64,000 bases of DNA from Candidatus Cloacimonadales bacterium (lineage in GTDB: Bacteria > Cloacimonadota > Cloacimonadia > Cloacimonadales > JAIOQZ01): assembly GCA_963674825.1 (NCBI GenBank), contig OY771587.1, positions 1,728,001 through 1,792,000 of the forward strand, written 5' to 3'. Every line of letters begins with the position of its first letter. Position 1 is the first letter of the stretch. Below, in pieces: positions 19,450 to 28,439 of this stretch. The translations under genes were made by a program, and so were the position numbers. Under the pieces are notes generated by a model. The model worked only from the letters and a program-made list of their open reading frames with translations. It was not told where the DNA came from and searched no databases.

Positions 19450-19477
19450 TTGCAAAATATGAACACTGGGATATAAT
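19450..19477 (+). promoter_or_regulatory. Putative sigma-70 promoter TTGCAA-N16-TATAAT
   Basis: Perfect -10 box at 19472-19477 and -35-like box at 19450-19455 in an AT-rich intergenic region. Confidence 0.55.
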
Positions 19478-19572
19478 CGTCCAAAATTCCTAAATAAAGA
19501 TTATAGTGGCCTGTAACTTAACTATCTGATTGCGTTATACAGATAGATTTCCTCTTTTCTAGATATGGACAG

Positions 19573-19605
19573 ATCGGGAGTAGGCTTTTCTTGCTCCCGA
19601 TTTTT
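19573..19605 (+). terminator. Intrinsic terminator-like hairpin directly before the RBS of the 19615 gene
   Basis: ATCGGGAGTAGG-CTTTT-CTTGCTCCCGAT followed by a T-run, then GGAGA and the ATG at 19615. Confidence 0.65.
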
Positions 19606-19614
19606 GGAGACCTC

Positions 19615-21984
19615 ATGCGAACCCGAATAACCTTGCCTCTGTTGTTGCTGACTCCGATGCTCTTTTCCACCACACTCACCGTCTCTCTCGACGGCAGCCA
19701 GGACTATACAACGGTTCAGGCCGCTGTTGATGCCGCAACCCATGGCGATACAGTTCTGGTATATCCAGGCACCTACTATGAGAATATAGTAGTCAATGAC
19801 AAATTCATCACCCTCGGCAGTCTGAACCTCAAGACCGGCGACGAATCCTATATCCACAACACCATCCTGGACGGTAATTTCAGCGGATCTGTAATCCGCA
19901 TGGTTCTGGAAACATTGCCCCAACCTGCCGATGCCGTCATCCAGGGATTCACAATCATTCACGGAAGTGGAGAAATTCGCGTTTGGACCTGGCCCGAGTA
20001 TGGCGGCGGTGGAATATGGGTAGAATGTGATAATAACTCTGGTTGGATGAATGTATATATTACGAACTGTCAGATCAAGTACAATTTTACCGATTTTGCA
20101 GCCGGAGTAGGATTAGCTTATTATGGAAACTACCACATGAAGAACGTCAGTGTCCATCACAACATTGCTCGTTTTGGCCCCGCCGGCGTGTTTGGGAACG
20201 GAGGTCCTATAATTCATTATCCAGATTACCCTTGCAGTTATTATGCAAATATTGGAACCCCAGGCCATGACTTTGATATTGTAAATGCACCTTATAATGA
20301 GACCATTTATGCGGATACACTTACCTGTTCCGAGTATGATCAGGGATTTATTCGAATAACTCCACGACCGGGTCATGATGAACTCGAACTTACAGTCTAC
20401 CACGAGCATTCCATTATGGATGTGATCGATCATGATCTGTACGTCTCACCGGATGGTGATGACGATAACAGCGGATTGTCCGCAGATGATCCCCTCAATA
20501 CGATTCGCCAGGCTGCCTACCTGATCCGGTCCAATCCGGATAACCCAAGGACGATCTATCTTGCTCCCGGCGAATATACTGAAGAGGAAGGTCCACTGCA
20601 ATTCACGGTTGGTCTAAAGGACCATGTCTCTCTGATCGGAAGTGGTATGGATGAGACATTTCTCGAATGCAGTCAATCAAGAGTGATCATCTATATGAAC
20701 AACAACGAGGATATCCAGATATCCGGCATGACTTTGAAATCCAGTTATCCTATCAATAATGGAGAATGGTCGCCTTGTTTGATTCTTGGTGTATATATTG
20801 ACGATCTCACCATTAAGGATATCCGAGCACATGATTCAGAATTTGGGAAATCTGCTGCGATTTCGGTCTGGCATGTTGACCATCTGGATATGGACAATAT
20901 TATCATCGAGGATAATATTGGTGAAGCCTATTGCGGTTTATATGTGATCGCTGAGGATGTTACGCTGACCGACTGTATTATCCGGAACAATCGTGTTGTC
21001 GGCTATACCGACTGGTACTCGGCTTCCTCTGCTTTCAATATTGATACGAAAGGAAACTGTCTGATCGACGATCTTGTCGTGATGAATAATGTTAACGAAT
21101 GCGGATCTGAAGGCCAGATGACGGGCTTACTAGGACATGGAAGTGGCTATCCGGGCTCGAGCCTGAAGATAACCAACAGCCTTTTCAGCGGTAATAATTC
21201 GGAGGGTCAGGAGTGCTTCCAATTCCAATTGTTTCGAGGGAACCTGGATTTGATAAACTGTACATTCATCGGCAATGAAGCCGAGGAGATGGTATTGAAG
21301 TTCCTGAGAACCAACACGGAAGCAGAGGTAGATCCCTTTCAGGTGATCAACACGGTATTCTGGGATCATGTGCCTTATGAAATTTCGAACTGGAGTTACC
21401 GGCGTTGCGCGATCGAGGTCAATCACAGCCTGATACGCAACGGCATCGATGGCATCGATTCACCTTACGACGAAATCATCTGGGGTGAGGGCAACCTCGA
21501 TCTCAACCCATTACTGACCAATGCCGAGCAATTGTATTACCCGCAGGAAGGCTCTCCGATCATCAACGCCGGTACACCGGATACAACAGGTTTGGGATTA
21601 CCGCCGCTCGATATCTGCAACCGTGCTCGCGTATGGGATGGCTGCGTCGATATCGGCTGCCATGAATACGGTTCCGTTGGCGTCGAACCGGGAGATCAAG
21701 CGCCGGTTTATGAAGTATCACTCGGCAACTATCCCAACCCATTCAATCCATGGACGATCATCAGCTATAGTTTGCCGGAAGCCGCGTATGTGGAGTTGAA
21801 CGTGTACAATATCCGCGGTCAGCGTGTCAGGACGCTGGTGCATGAGCACCGGGAAGCCGGTAGTCATGAAGTCGTATGGGATGGACGGAATGAGCAGAAT
21901 GATATCGTTGGTTCGGGTGTCTATCTCTGCCGAATGATCTATTCAGGTAAATCGCACACCCATAAAATGTTACTCTTGCAATAA
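19615..21984 (+). CDS. Secreted beta-helix (DUF1565/pectin-lyase-like) protein with FlgD-Ig/T9SS-type CTD
   Basis: Signal peptide; 'YTTVQAAVDAA..GDTVLVYPGTYYENI'; 'LYVSPDGDDDNSGLS...PL.TI'; 'SPIINAG...DIGCHEY'; CTD 'NYPNPFNP...WDGRNE...SGVYLCR...KMLLLQ'. Confidence 0.85.
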   Translation: MRTRITLPLLLLTPMLFSTTLTVSLDGSQDYTTVQAAVDAATHGDTVLVYPGTYYENIVVNDKFITLGSLNLKTGDESYIHNTILDGNFSGSVIRMVLETLPQPADAVIQGFTIIHGSGEIRVWTWPEYGGGGIWVECDNNSGWMNVYITNCQIKYNFTDFAAGVGLAYYGNYHMKNVSVHHNIARFGPAGVFGNGGPIIHYPDYPCSYYANIGTPGHDFDIVNAPYNETIYADTLTCSEYDQGFIRITPRPGHDELELTVYHEHSIMDVIDHDLYVSPDGDDDNSGLSADDPLNTIRQAAYLIRSNPDNPRTIYLAPGEYTEEEGPLQFTVGLKDHVSLIGSGMDETFLECSQSRVIIYMNNNEDIQISGMTLKSSYPINNGEWSPCLILGVYIDDLTIKDIRAHDSEFGKSAAISVWHVDHLDMDNIIIEDNIGEAYCGLYVIAEDVTLTDCIIRNNRVVGYTDWYSASSAFNIDTKGNCLIDDLVVMNNVNECGSEGQMTGLLGHGSGYPGSSLKITNSLFSGNNSEGQECFQFQLFRGNLDLINCTFIGNEAEEMVLKFLRTNTEAEVDPFQVINTVFWDHVPYEISNWSYRRCAIEVNHSLIRNGIDGIDSPYDEIIWGEGNLDLNPLLTNAEQLYYPQEGSPIINAGTPDTTGLGLPPLDICNRARVWDGCVDIGCHEYGSVGVEPGDQAPVYEVSLGNYPNPFNPWTIISYSLPEAAYVELNVYNIRGQRVRTLVHEHREAGSHEVVWDGRNEQNDIVGSGVYLCRMIYSGKSHTHKMLLLQ

Positions 21985-21986
21985 CG

Positions 21987-24317
21987 CTACTCGTACTTCA
22001 GGGAATTGATCGGGCTGGACATCGCTGCGGCGATGGAATGGAAGCTGACCGTGGCAACTGCGATAAGCATGGACATCAGCCCTGACAGAATAAAGATATT
22101 GATGCCGATGGGCGTCTTGTAGGCGAAGTTTTCCAGCCATTTCTGCATCAGAAACCATGCTGCTGGCCATGCGATGACAATCGAAACCACAACCCATTTG
22201 CTGAAGTTCTTCGTCAGCAGGTACGTTATACCACTGATGCTGGCGCCGAGTACTTTGCGGATGCCGATTTCACGGGTGCGTTGCTGTGTGATGAACGATG
22301 CCATGCCGAACAATCCCAGGCACGAGATGATAATCGCGAGAAACGTAAAGCTCCGCAGTAACTTACCAAGCTGAGCATCCGTTTTATACGCCGTCTCGTA
22401 ATCATCATTCAGGAAGCTGTATTCGAAAGGGAAATCCGGTGCGAATTTGCTGCTGACAGTCTCGACGCTGGCAAGAACACTCTCGAGGTTGTGCGAATTG
22501 AATTTTATAGCGATATAGTTATCCCAGTCAGGGTAAACGAGGATCGCCAGCGGTTGCAACGCATGATGGATCGACCAGTATTGGAAGTCTTTGACCACGC
22601 CGACAATAATGCCATCGGAGAATTGCTTGCCGATAGGATCTTCTATTCCGGTGAGTCGGATCGCGGTTTCATTGAGCACGTAGCCGAAGGGTTCATCGTC
22701 GGAATACTTGTTCTTCAGATGAAATTCACCCTTTAAGATGGTCAGGCCGAAGGTTTTCATGAAATCTTTGTCGCCGGTGATGATCGGCAGGGACATCTCA
22801 CCATCCTCATTTCCATCCCAGCTTCGGACGCCGATGGACCACTTCGGACCCAGCCCCAGTTTGCTGGAGGTGGTTGATACGCTGGTAACTTCCGGAATCT
22901 GGAGGAGTTCGTCTTTCATCGATTCCAGCTTCGCCGCGTAGCTGTTATTCAAGGGAAGGTAGAGAATGTCTTCGCGATTGAAGCCGAGATCATAGTCTCT
23001 GGCAAAGCGGAGCTGTTTTGCGATAACGATAGAGCAGAAAACCAGAATCGTCGCCAGCGTAAACTGGAAGATGACCAGCGCTGTGCGCATGAATGTCGTA
23101 CCGCGCTTCAGATTTCCTTTGATCGCTTGAAGCGGTTCGAACGACGACAGTAGAAAGGCGGGATAGATTCCGGCGATGAGCCCCGTGAGTGCTGTGATAC
23201 CGATGATAAGCAATATCAGCGAGTTTGACAGCATCGAAAGACTGAGCTGCTTGCCGGTGATGTCGTTGAATGCCGGTGTCAGCACTTCTGCGATTGCAAC
23301 GGCAATAACGAGAGACAGAAAGGCCATAAGGAGCGATTCGCCGATAAACTGCACGCGCAACTGACGCTTGTCTGCCCCCGATAGTTTTCGTACGCCGATC
23401 TCTCGGGCTCGTTTCACGGAGCGCACGGTAGAGAGATTCATGAAGTTGATGCATGCCATCAGGAGAATGAAAACCGCAATCGAAGAGAAGATATACACAT
23501 AGAGCATCGATCCAATACTGCCATCGAGCTCATAGAGATGGATGTTTACCAGCGGTTGGAGATAAAACTTCCTGCCGAGTTCCGGTATGATTTCATCGAC
23601 CAGTGCGTTGATATCAGCTTCGATCTGCGGTATATTCGCGTCTGGCTTGAGCAGCACAAAGGTGTTGTATCCGAAATCGCCCCAATCGTCTGCAGGATAG
23701 CCGGTTATTTCATCCATGGCAGACAGCGGGATCAGAAAATCGAATTGCAGGTGGCTGTTGGTGGGTAGGTCGTCGATAACGCCGGTAACTGTCATCTCGA
23801 GTTGCCGATCTACATCCAGCACCTTTCCCATAGGGTTTTCATCACCAAAGAGTGTTTGAGCTGTTTCACGTGAAAGCACGATCGATTCAGGACTGCTAAG
23901 GGCAGTAGATGCGTCGCCATGCAGGAATTTGAACGTGAATATCTCGAAGAGTTCCGGAGTCGAGTAGGCGGGTTTGAATTTGATTGCATCATCATCTCTT
24001 GCGATCAGCACGTTGCCTTCGCTGTAGAAGCATACAGCGTTCTCGATATCGGCGTATTTATCTCGTAGAGCTGGAGCGAGTGGAGTTGGAGTGCGCCAAT
24101 GCTGCTTTCCTTCGCCATTGGAGACGTAGTTGAAATCAACGCGATAGATACGGTCTGCGTTTTCGTGGAAACGATCGTAGTTGTATTCATCTTGAATCCA
24201 CAGTAAAATCAAGATGCAGACCGCAAGCCCGGCAGCGAGCCCCGTGATGTTAATGAATGAAAAAAGCTTCTGGCGCATGATGTTTCGGAAAGCAATCTTG
24301 AGGTAATTATAAAACAT
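21987..24317 (-). CDS. MacB/FtsX-type ABC transporter permease (paralog of 7237-9603)
   Basis: 'NYLKIAFRNI', 'ACINFMNLST..SVKRAREIGVRK', 'SCLGLFG.......RTREIGIRKVLGAS', ends 'SLKYE'. Confidence 0.93.
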   Translation of the reverse strand: MFYNYLKIAFRNIMRQKLFSFINITGLAAGLAVCILILLWIQDEYNYDRFHENADRIYRVDFNYVSNGEGKQHWRTPTPLAPALRDKYADIENAVCFYSEGNVLIARDDDAIKFKPAYSTPELFEIFTFKFLHGDASTALSSPESIVLSRETAQTLFGDENPMGKVLDVDRQLEMTVTGVIDDLPTNSHLQFDFLIPLSAMDEITGYPADDWGDFGYNTFVLLKPDANIPQIEADINALVDEIIPELGRKFYLQPLVNIHLYELDGSIGSMLYVYIFSSIAVFILLMACINFMNLSTVRSVKRAREIGVRKLSGADKRQLRVQFIGESLLMAFLSLVIAVAIAEVLTPAFNDITGKQLSLSMLSNSLILLIIGITALTGLIAGIYPAFLLSSFEPLQAIKGNLKRGTTFMRTALVIFQFTLATILVFCSIVIAKQLRFARDYDLGFNREDILYLPLNNSYAAKLESMKDELLQIPEVTSVSTTSSKLGLGPKWSIGVRSWDGNEDGEMSLPIITGDKDFMKTFGLTILKGEFHLKNKYSDDEPFGYVLNETAIRLTGIEDPIGKQFSDGIIVGVVKDFQYWSIHHALQPLAILVYPDWDNYIAIKFNSHNLESVLASVETVSSKFAPDFPFEYSFLNDDYETAYKTDAQLGKLLRSFTFLAIIISCLGLFGMASFITQQRTREIGIRKVLGASISGITYLLTKNFSKWVVVSIVIAWPAAWFLMQKWLENFAYKTPIGINIFILSGLMSMLIAVATVSFHSIAAAMSSPINSLKYE
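23862..23877. promoter_or_regulatory. parS-like site TGTTTCACGTGAAAGC
   Basis: 14/16 match with an intact TTTCACGTGAAA core. Confidence 0.6.
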
Positions 24318-24376
24318 ACGATCTCCCTCGGCGATTATTTACACAGATGAACCGGAGCGTTCAGCTAACATTAAAA

Positions 24377-24392
24377 TGCATTTCGTGTGCCA
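24377..24392 (-). promoter_or_regulatory. Sigma-54 promoter TGGCACACGAAATGCA for the second ABC permease
   Basis: Canonical TGGCAC -24 box with GG-N10-GC spacing, 60 bp before the ATG at 24317. Confidence 0.75.
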
Positions 24393-24472
24393 GTGAGAAT
24401 GGGGATATTGCGGAGGTTAACTGCTTCTGTGTGTACGGTTAGGCGGGCTTTCAGTACGTAGCCGGACAGTAT

Positions 24473-24503
24473 GGAAAAACCTCCCCACCTTGGCGAGGAG
24501 GTT
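24473..24503 (-). terminator. Intrinsic terminator of the 24528-25631 gene
   Basis: Minus strand reads AACCTCCTCGC-CAAG-GTGGGGAGGTT followed by further T residues. Confidence 0.65.
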
Positions 24504-24527
24504 ACGCAATCTTATATGATCATGATT

Positions 24528-25631
24528 TTATTTCAGTAGAAGCATCTTTTTATATGACGTTTTATCCGGAGTTTGAAGCCGATACAGATAGACACCACTT
24601 GCGCAATCATTGCCATTATCGTCATCACCGTGCCACGTAACCTCATGCTCTCCGGTGGCGATTGCTTTCTCTATCAGTGTTCGCACTAATTGGCCACGCA
24701 AATTGTAGATGCATATGCTGATAGGCGAATTGTCCGCGACCGAATACCGGATTGTCGTATCAGGGTTGAATGGATTGGGGTGATTGGAGAGGTTGAAATC
24801 GTGTTGGGGAGTGGTTTCGTCGTTGATGGCAGTATCAAGGTAAATTCGTTCCCAGTCATCATCCATGTAATAGGTGACGAGGAGGGAGTTGTTGGATGGA
24901 TCGTATGTAGGATACACCATGTGGCTGCCCTGGAAGAAGAGCTCCGGAGGATTGGCGAAGCCGGCATCGACACGGTAGAGGCCGTCGAGGTAATATCCAC
25001 CGATGTAGTACGTTCCCTGGTTGTCTCGCACGATACCGTCAGGGTAGTTCAGATTGGTGGTTGTCAGCGTACTTACGGTGGAATCGGAGAGGCTGATTGC
25101 GTGGATGATCGATGTTCCCGGTGAGTCGTCGATTACCACGAGACGATCATTTTCTGGCTCGTACAAGATGCCGTTCGGGCGATTCAGGCCATTACCTTCC
25201 GCAAAGGTCCAATATGCCGTGTCTGAGGTGCGGAATTTATAGATTGCGTGCGCTGGTGGACTCGAGATGTAAAGATACCCGTTATCATCGGCTGTGACGC
25301 TCGACAAGTATTGATTGCTTGGTCCATCGAATGACAACGACATCATCTCCCATCCAGTATCCAGATCGTATGCGATCAAAGTCCGGTTACTGCCTGCGCC
25401 ATACACGTAGTTGCCAGAAATTGCCATCCCATCGATGAAGCCGGCGTCTTCTGCGAAATAGCTTTGGTTTCCTCCTATATCGATCTGAACTAAGGCTCCG
25501 TTACCATAATTGGATACGAGCAGACGGTTGTGTTCTGTATCGATGACGATCTTTTGCGGTTGATTCAACAGATTCTGTGAAAACAATATCGATGTAACGG
25601 CAAGCAAGTCAATGATTAACGCATTTCTCAT
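24528..25631 (-). CDS. Secreted SMP-30/gluconolactonase-like beta-propeller with FlgD-Ig/T9SS-type CTD
   Basis: Propeller motifs 'IDGMAI', 'PNGIL', 'PDGIVRD..G.YY'; CTD 'NHPNPFNPDTTI...WHGDDDNG...SGVYLYRL...KKMLLLK'. Confidence 0.8.
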   Translation of the reverse strand: MRNALIIDLLAVTSILFSQNLLNQPQKIVIDTEHNRLLVSNYGNGALVQIDIGGNQSYFAEDAGFIDGMAISGNYVYGAGSNRTLIAYDLDTGWEMMSLSFDGPSNQYLSSVTADDNGYLYISSPPAHAIYKFRTSDTAYWTFAEGNGLNRPNGILYEPENDRLVVIDDSPGTSIIHAISLSDSTVSTLTTTNLNYPDGIVRDNQGTYYIGGYYLDGLYRVDAGFANPPELFFQGSHMVYPTYDPSNNSLLVTYYMDDDWERIYLDTAINDETTPQHDFNLSNHPNPFNPDTTIRYSVADNSPISICIYNLRGQLVRTLIEKAIATGEHEVTWHGDDDNGNDCASGVYLYRLQTPDKTSYKKMLLLK

Positions 25632-25719
25632 ATCAAACCTCCATGTTGGGTTATTAATGAAATCGAACTCACGGTACGATTACCATAATATGAGTATTGT
25701 TGTCAAGAATGAAATGCGT

Positions 25720-26008
25720 TCAGGAATAAAATCGCTCCGCAAATAAGGCTCGAATTGTATCAACGCTGTACAACTGGGTGTCCGGCACGATGTCGAGGTT
25801 AATTTCAGCCATGTCGATCTCCGCATTTAGCCGTTGCGATATCATCAAACAAAGTGTACTCTTCAGGATTCTCGAAAATGTCTTTCGGCAAGTACCGATG
25901 GTTTCCATCAACATCGAAGTATGGATAGTAGTATAAATCAATCGTTTTCTCTGCAAAGACCAACCCAGCAAACAATGAAAGAGTCAAACACAGCAGGTAT
26001 CGTTTCAT
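25720..26008 (-). pseudogene. Probable remnant of a secreted-protein gene (signal peptide, frameshift, early end)
   Basis: Good signal peptide 'MKRYLLCLTLSLFAGLVFA' with an ATGA overlap to the upstream gene, but it stops after 67 aa. Protein-like sequence 'LNAEIDMAEINLDIVPD...' continues in another frame to 25720. Confidence 0.45.
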
Positions 26009-27267
26009 TTTTCGCTCCCGATTCTGTATTTACGGACAAGGCCGTTGTGGAAAACGCAGACTATTTGTCCGTTTCCGGATTTACTGACCATGGATTCGCG
26101 GTTATCAATATTCCCTTTTCTGTTGAAAAAATGATCTTTAGCGGGTAGATTGTCGCTGATGATAACCTGCCTTGTTATATAATTCTGCACAGAAATGCTT
26201 CCAGTTCCGTCTTTGTCGTTAGCTCCGGAGATTACTTGATAGGGCGGATATAAACCAGATACATATCCAACGTTTCCTTTTTTATAAAATGTCAAATCCT
26301 TCGTGTACAATGAAACGTATCCAATGCTTTTATCTTGCGAAATTAAATGGCAGAAATCATCCTGTGGCGACCAACCAACACATGTCAGATACTCGAATTT
26401 CTGAACAACGTTGCCCTGTCCATCAATAAGCCACGATTCATTTGTGTCTTGAATAGATAGCCAGCAATAAGCTCCTGTCGTGCTGGGCTTCATCTCGAAA
26501 TCACCTGGCATTTCCAGCGAGTTGATCAGGTTACCGTTTCTATCATGGATGAAAAGGTGGAATCGATCGTCTGTAACTTCCTCCCAGTAAAGAGGTTCTT
26601 CTGCTAAGCATGAAACGGCTTTGATAAAAATCCGATCACCGTTTAAGCTTGACCTTGTTGTGAATCCGACATTTGGATATTTGCTAAAAAAGGTACTATG
26701 ATATTTCACATTCATCTCGAAATCAATAAGGGCATAATCGTGGCTTTTCGTGTCATCAATCACCATTAGGTCACAATTAGTCACCATGGGTATTCCATCG
26801 TAATCTTGCCAGCTAAGGTTTTCATGGGTATAAAGTTCCATGTCGTGATTGTTCAACTTCGCAATGTGTAGTGTGAACTCTTCGGTACCGTCACTTCTTT
26901 TACCAGGAATAAAGTGTGTGTCTACCGATAGTACGTATCCTGAATTGGTAGATACATATAAATTGATCACAGAAAACGGAACCAGCTCCATCTCTCCATC
27001 ATGGATATGATATGCACGGTTCTTGCCCTCTTCCATAATGATCTTCGGCTCGCCGCTGTCGGTTTCGGATGCGGGTGAGAAAAGCACGTACTGCCCGGGT
27101 TTGAGGTCAACTTCCCATTCGTCGATGATCTCGAAGTTATGCGATGGCGTCTTCCAGGTGGCTGGGCGTTCGGTTGGGCCCCTGTAGATGTTTTTAATGC
27201 TACTAAACTCCAACGCGAACAGCATGGATATGCAAACGGCTATCAGCAGGAAAAGATGCTTCTTCAT
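26005..27267 (-). CDS. Secreted hypothetical protein, possibly beta-propeller
   Basis: 420-aa ORF with signal peptide 'MKKHLFLLIAVCISMLFA', RBS GGAGA and beta-rich composition. Confidence 0.7.
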   Translation of the reverse strand: MKKHLFLLIAVCISMLFALEFSSIKNIYRGPTERPATWKTPSHNFEIIDEWEVDLKPGQYVLFSPASETDSGEPKIIMEEGKNRAYHIHDGEMELVPFSVINLYVSTNSGYVLSVDTHFIPGKRSDGTEEFTLHIAKLNNHDMELYTHENLSWQDYDGIPMVTNCDLMVIDDTKSHDYALIDFEMNVKYHSTFFSKYPNVGFTTRSSLNGDRIFIKAVSCLAEEPLYWEEVTDDRFHLFIHDRNGNLINSLEMPGDFEMKPSTTGAYCWLSIQDTNESWLIDGQGNVVQKFEYLTCVGWSPQDDFCHLISQDKSIGYVSLYTKDLTFYKKGNVGYVSGLYPPYQVISGANDKDGTGSISVQNYITRQVIISDNLPAKDHFFNRKGNIDNRESMVSKSGNGQIVCVFHNGLVRKYRIGSEK

Positions 27268-27341
27268 GGATATCTCCCGTGAATTGAGATAAACATGAAG
27301 CTAAGATTGCTTATACTTGTGTCAATAGATTTTGTCGGACG

Positions 27342-28439
27342 CTATCTGGGATCGTCGAGTCGATAGGCGCGGTAGAGGTAGCTTTCGGTCATGGTCTTGA
27401 TGGAAAACTCGGTGAGGATGCGGTCTCTTCCATTCTGGCCCAGCTTCTTGCGGAGCTCGGGTTGGTCGATGAGACGCAGCGTCTTTTCGAAGAGATCGTC
27501 ATCGTCGTCACCCATGAGGTAGCCGGTCTCGCCGTCGATGACCAGCTCCGAGGTGCCTCCGCGATTGGTGGCGATTACCGGCATGCCGTACGCCATGTAT
27601 TCCATGATGGAGTTGGAAAGCCCTTCGGCGGCGCCTGAAGAGAAGTTCAGCAGGATGCCGATATCGCATGCGGATAGGAACGACTCCACGTCGTGGATTC
27701 TGCCGGGAAACTCGATCCCGTTGCCGAGTAAATCCTGCGACTGCTGCATGTAGTACTCGCGTTTGCTACCGTCTCCGGCGCAGATGAAGGTGACGTTCGG
27801 GCGGATCGCGCGAATCTTCCGGGCAAGCTCGATGTAGCGCGGGATATCCTTGGGATCGTCAATGCGCGAGAGGAATACGACGCGTATCTCGTCCGAGTTT
27901 GACTCGGAGGGCTTGATGCGGCTGGAATCGAATCCGTTGTGAATGAAGAGAGTCTTGGGCGACCGGTCTTTGCCGTGAAACTGCAGCGCTGCCTCGGTAT
28001 TGCTGACCACCACATTCGCGATCCGGTGCACGAGCTGCTGACTGAGCCACTCCTTGCTCGGGAACTTGATGGGCCGCACGGTGCGATAGAAATCGGCGAC
28101 ATACCACGAGTGACGACTGACCGACAGCGCCGTAAGCATGCTGGGAAACGGCAGATAGGAATGGACGATATCGGGCTTGATCTGCCGCAGGAGGCGACGT
28201 ATCTGCCGGATGGAGCGGAAGAAATCGCCTGGCTTGCGCTGGACGCGATGGAGAGTGATTCGAGCATCATCAGGCAGGTAATCGGTCCGGTCGTTATAGA
28301 TGATGACGTGGATGTCGAAGGTGTAGTGTCTGGTCAGGTACTTCATGAAGTTCACGCACTGACGCTCCGCGCCTCCACCGCCGAGTGAGCTGATTACGAT
28401 CGCCAGTTTGATCGGCTGGAGTGCATTACCCTTTTTCAT
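27342..28439 (-). CDS. Glycosyltransferase family 4 (GT-B)
   Basis: 'SSLGGGGAER', 'PDIVH', 'IHNG', 'EGLSNSIMEYMAYGMPVIAT..GG..ELV.DGETG'. Confidence 0.93.
   Translation of the reverse strand: MKKGNALQPIKLAIVISSLGGGGAERQCVNFMKYLTRHYTFDIHVIIYNDRTDYLPDDARITLHRVQRKPGDFFRSIRQIRRLLRQIKPDIVHSYLPFPSMLTALSVSRHSWYVADFYRTVRPIKFPSKEWLSQQLVHRIANVVVSNTEAALQFHGKDRSPKTLFIHNGFDSSRIKPSESNSDEIRVVFLSRIDDPKDIPRYIELARKIRAIRPNVTFICAGDGSKREYYMQQSQDLLGNGIEFPGRIHDVESFLSACDIGILLNFSSGAAEGLSNSIMEYMAYGMPVIATNRGGTSELVIDGETGYLMGDDDDDLFEKTLRLIDQPELRKKLGQNGRDRILTEFSIKTMTESYLYRAYRLDDPR

Noticed and set aside
25805..25807. TGA as possible selenocysteine read-through
   Set aside because: A TAA follows two codons later in the same frame, and the context is not a redox motif.
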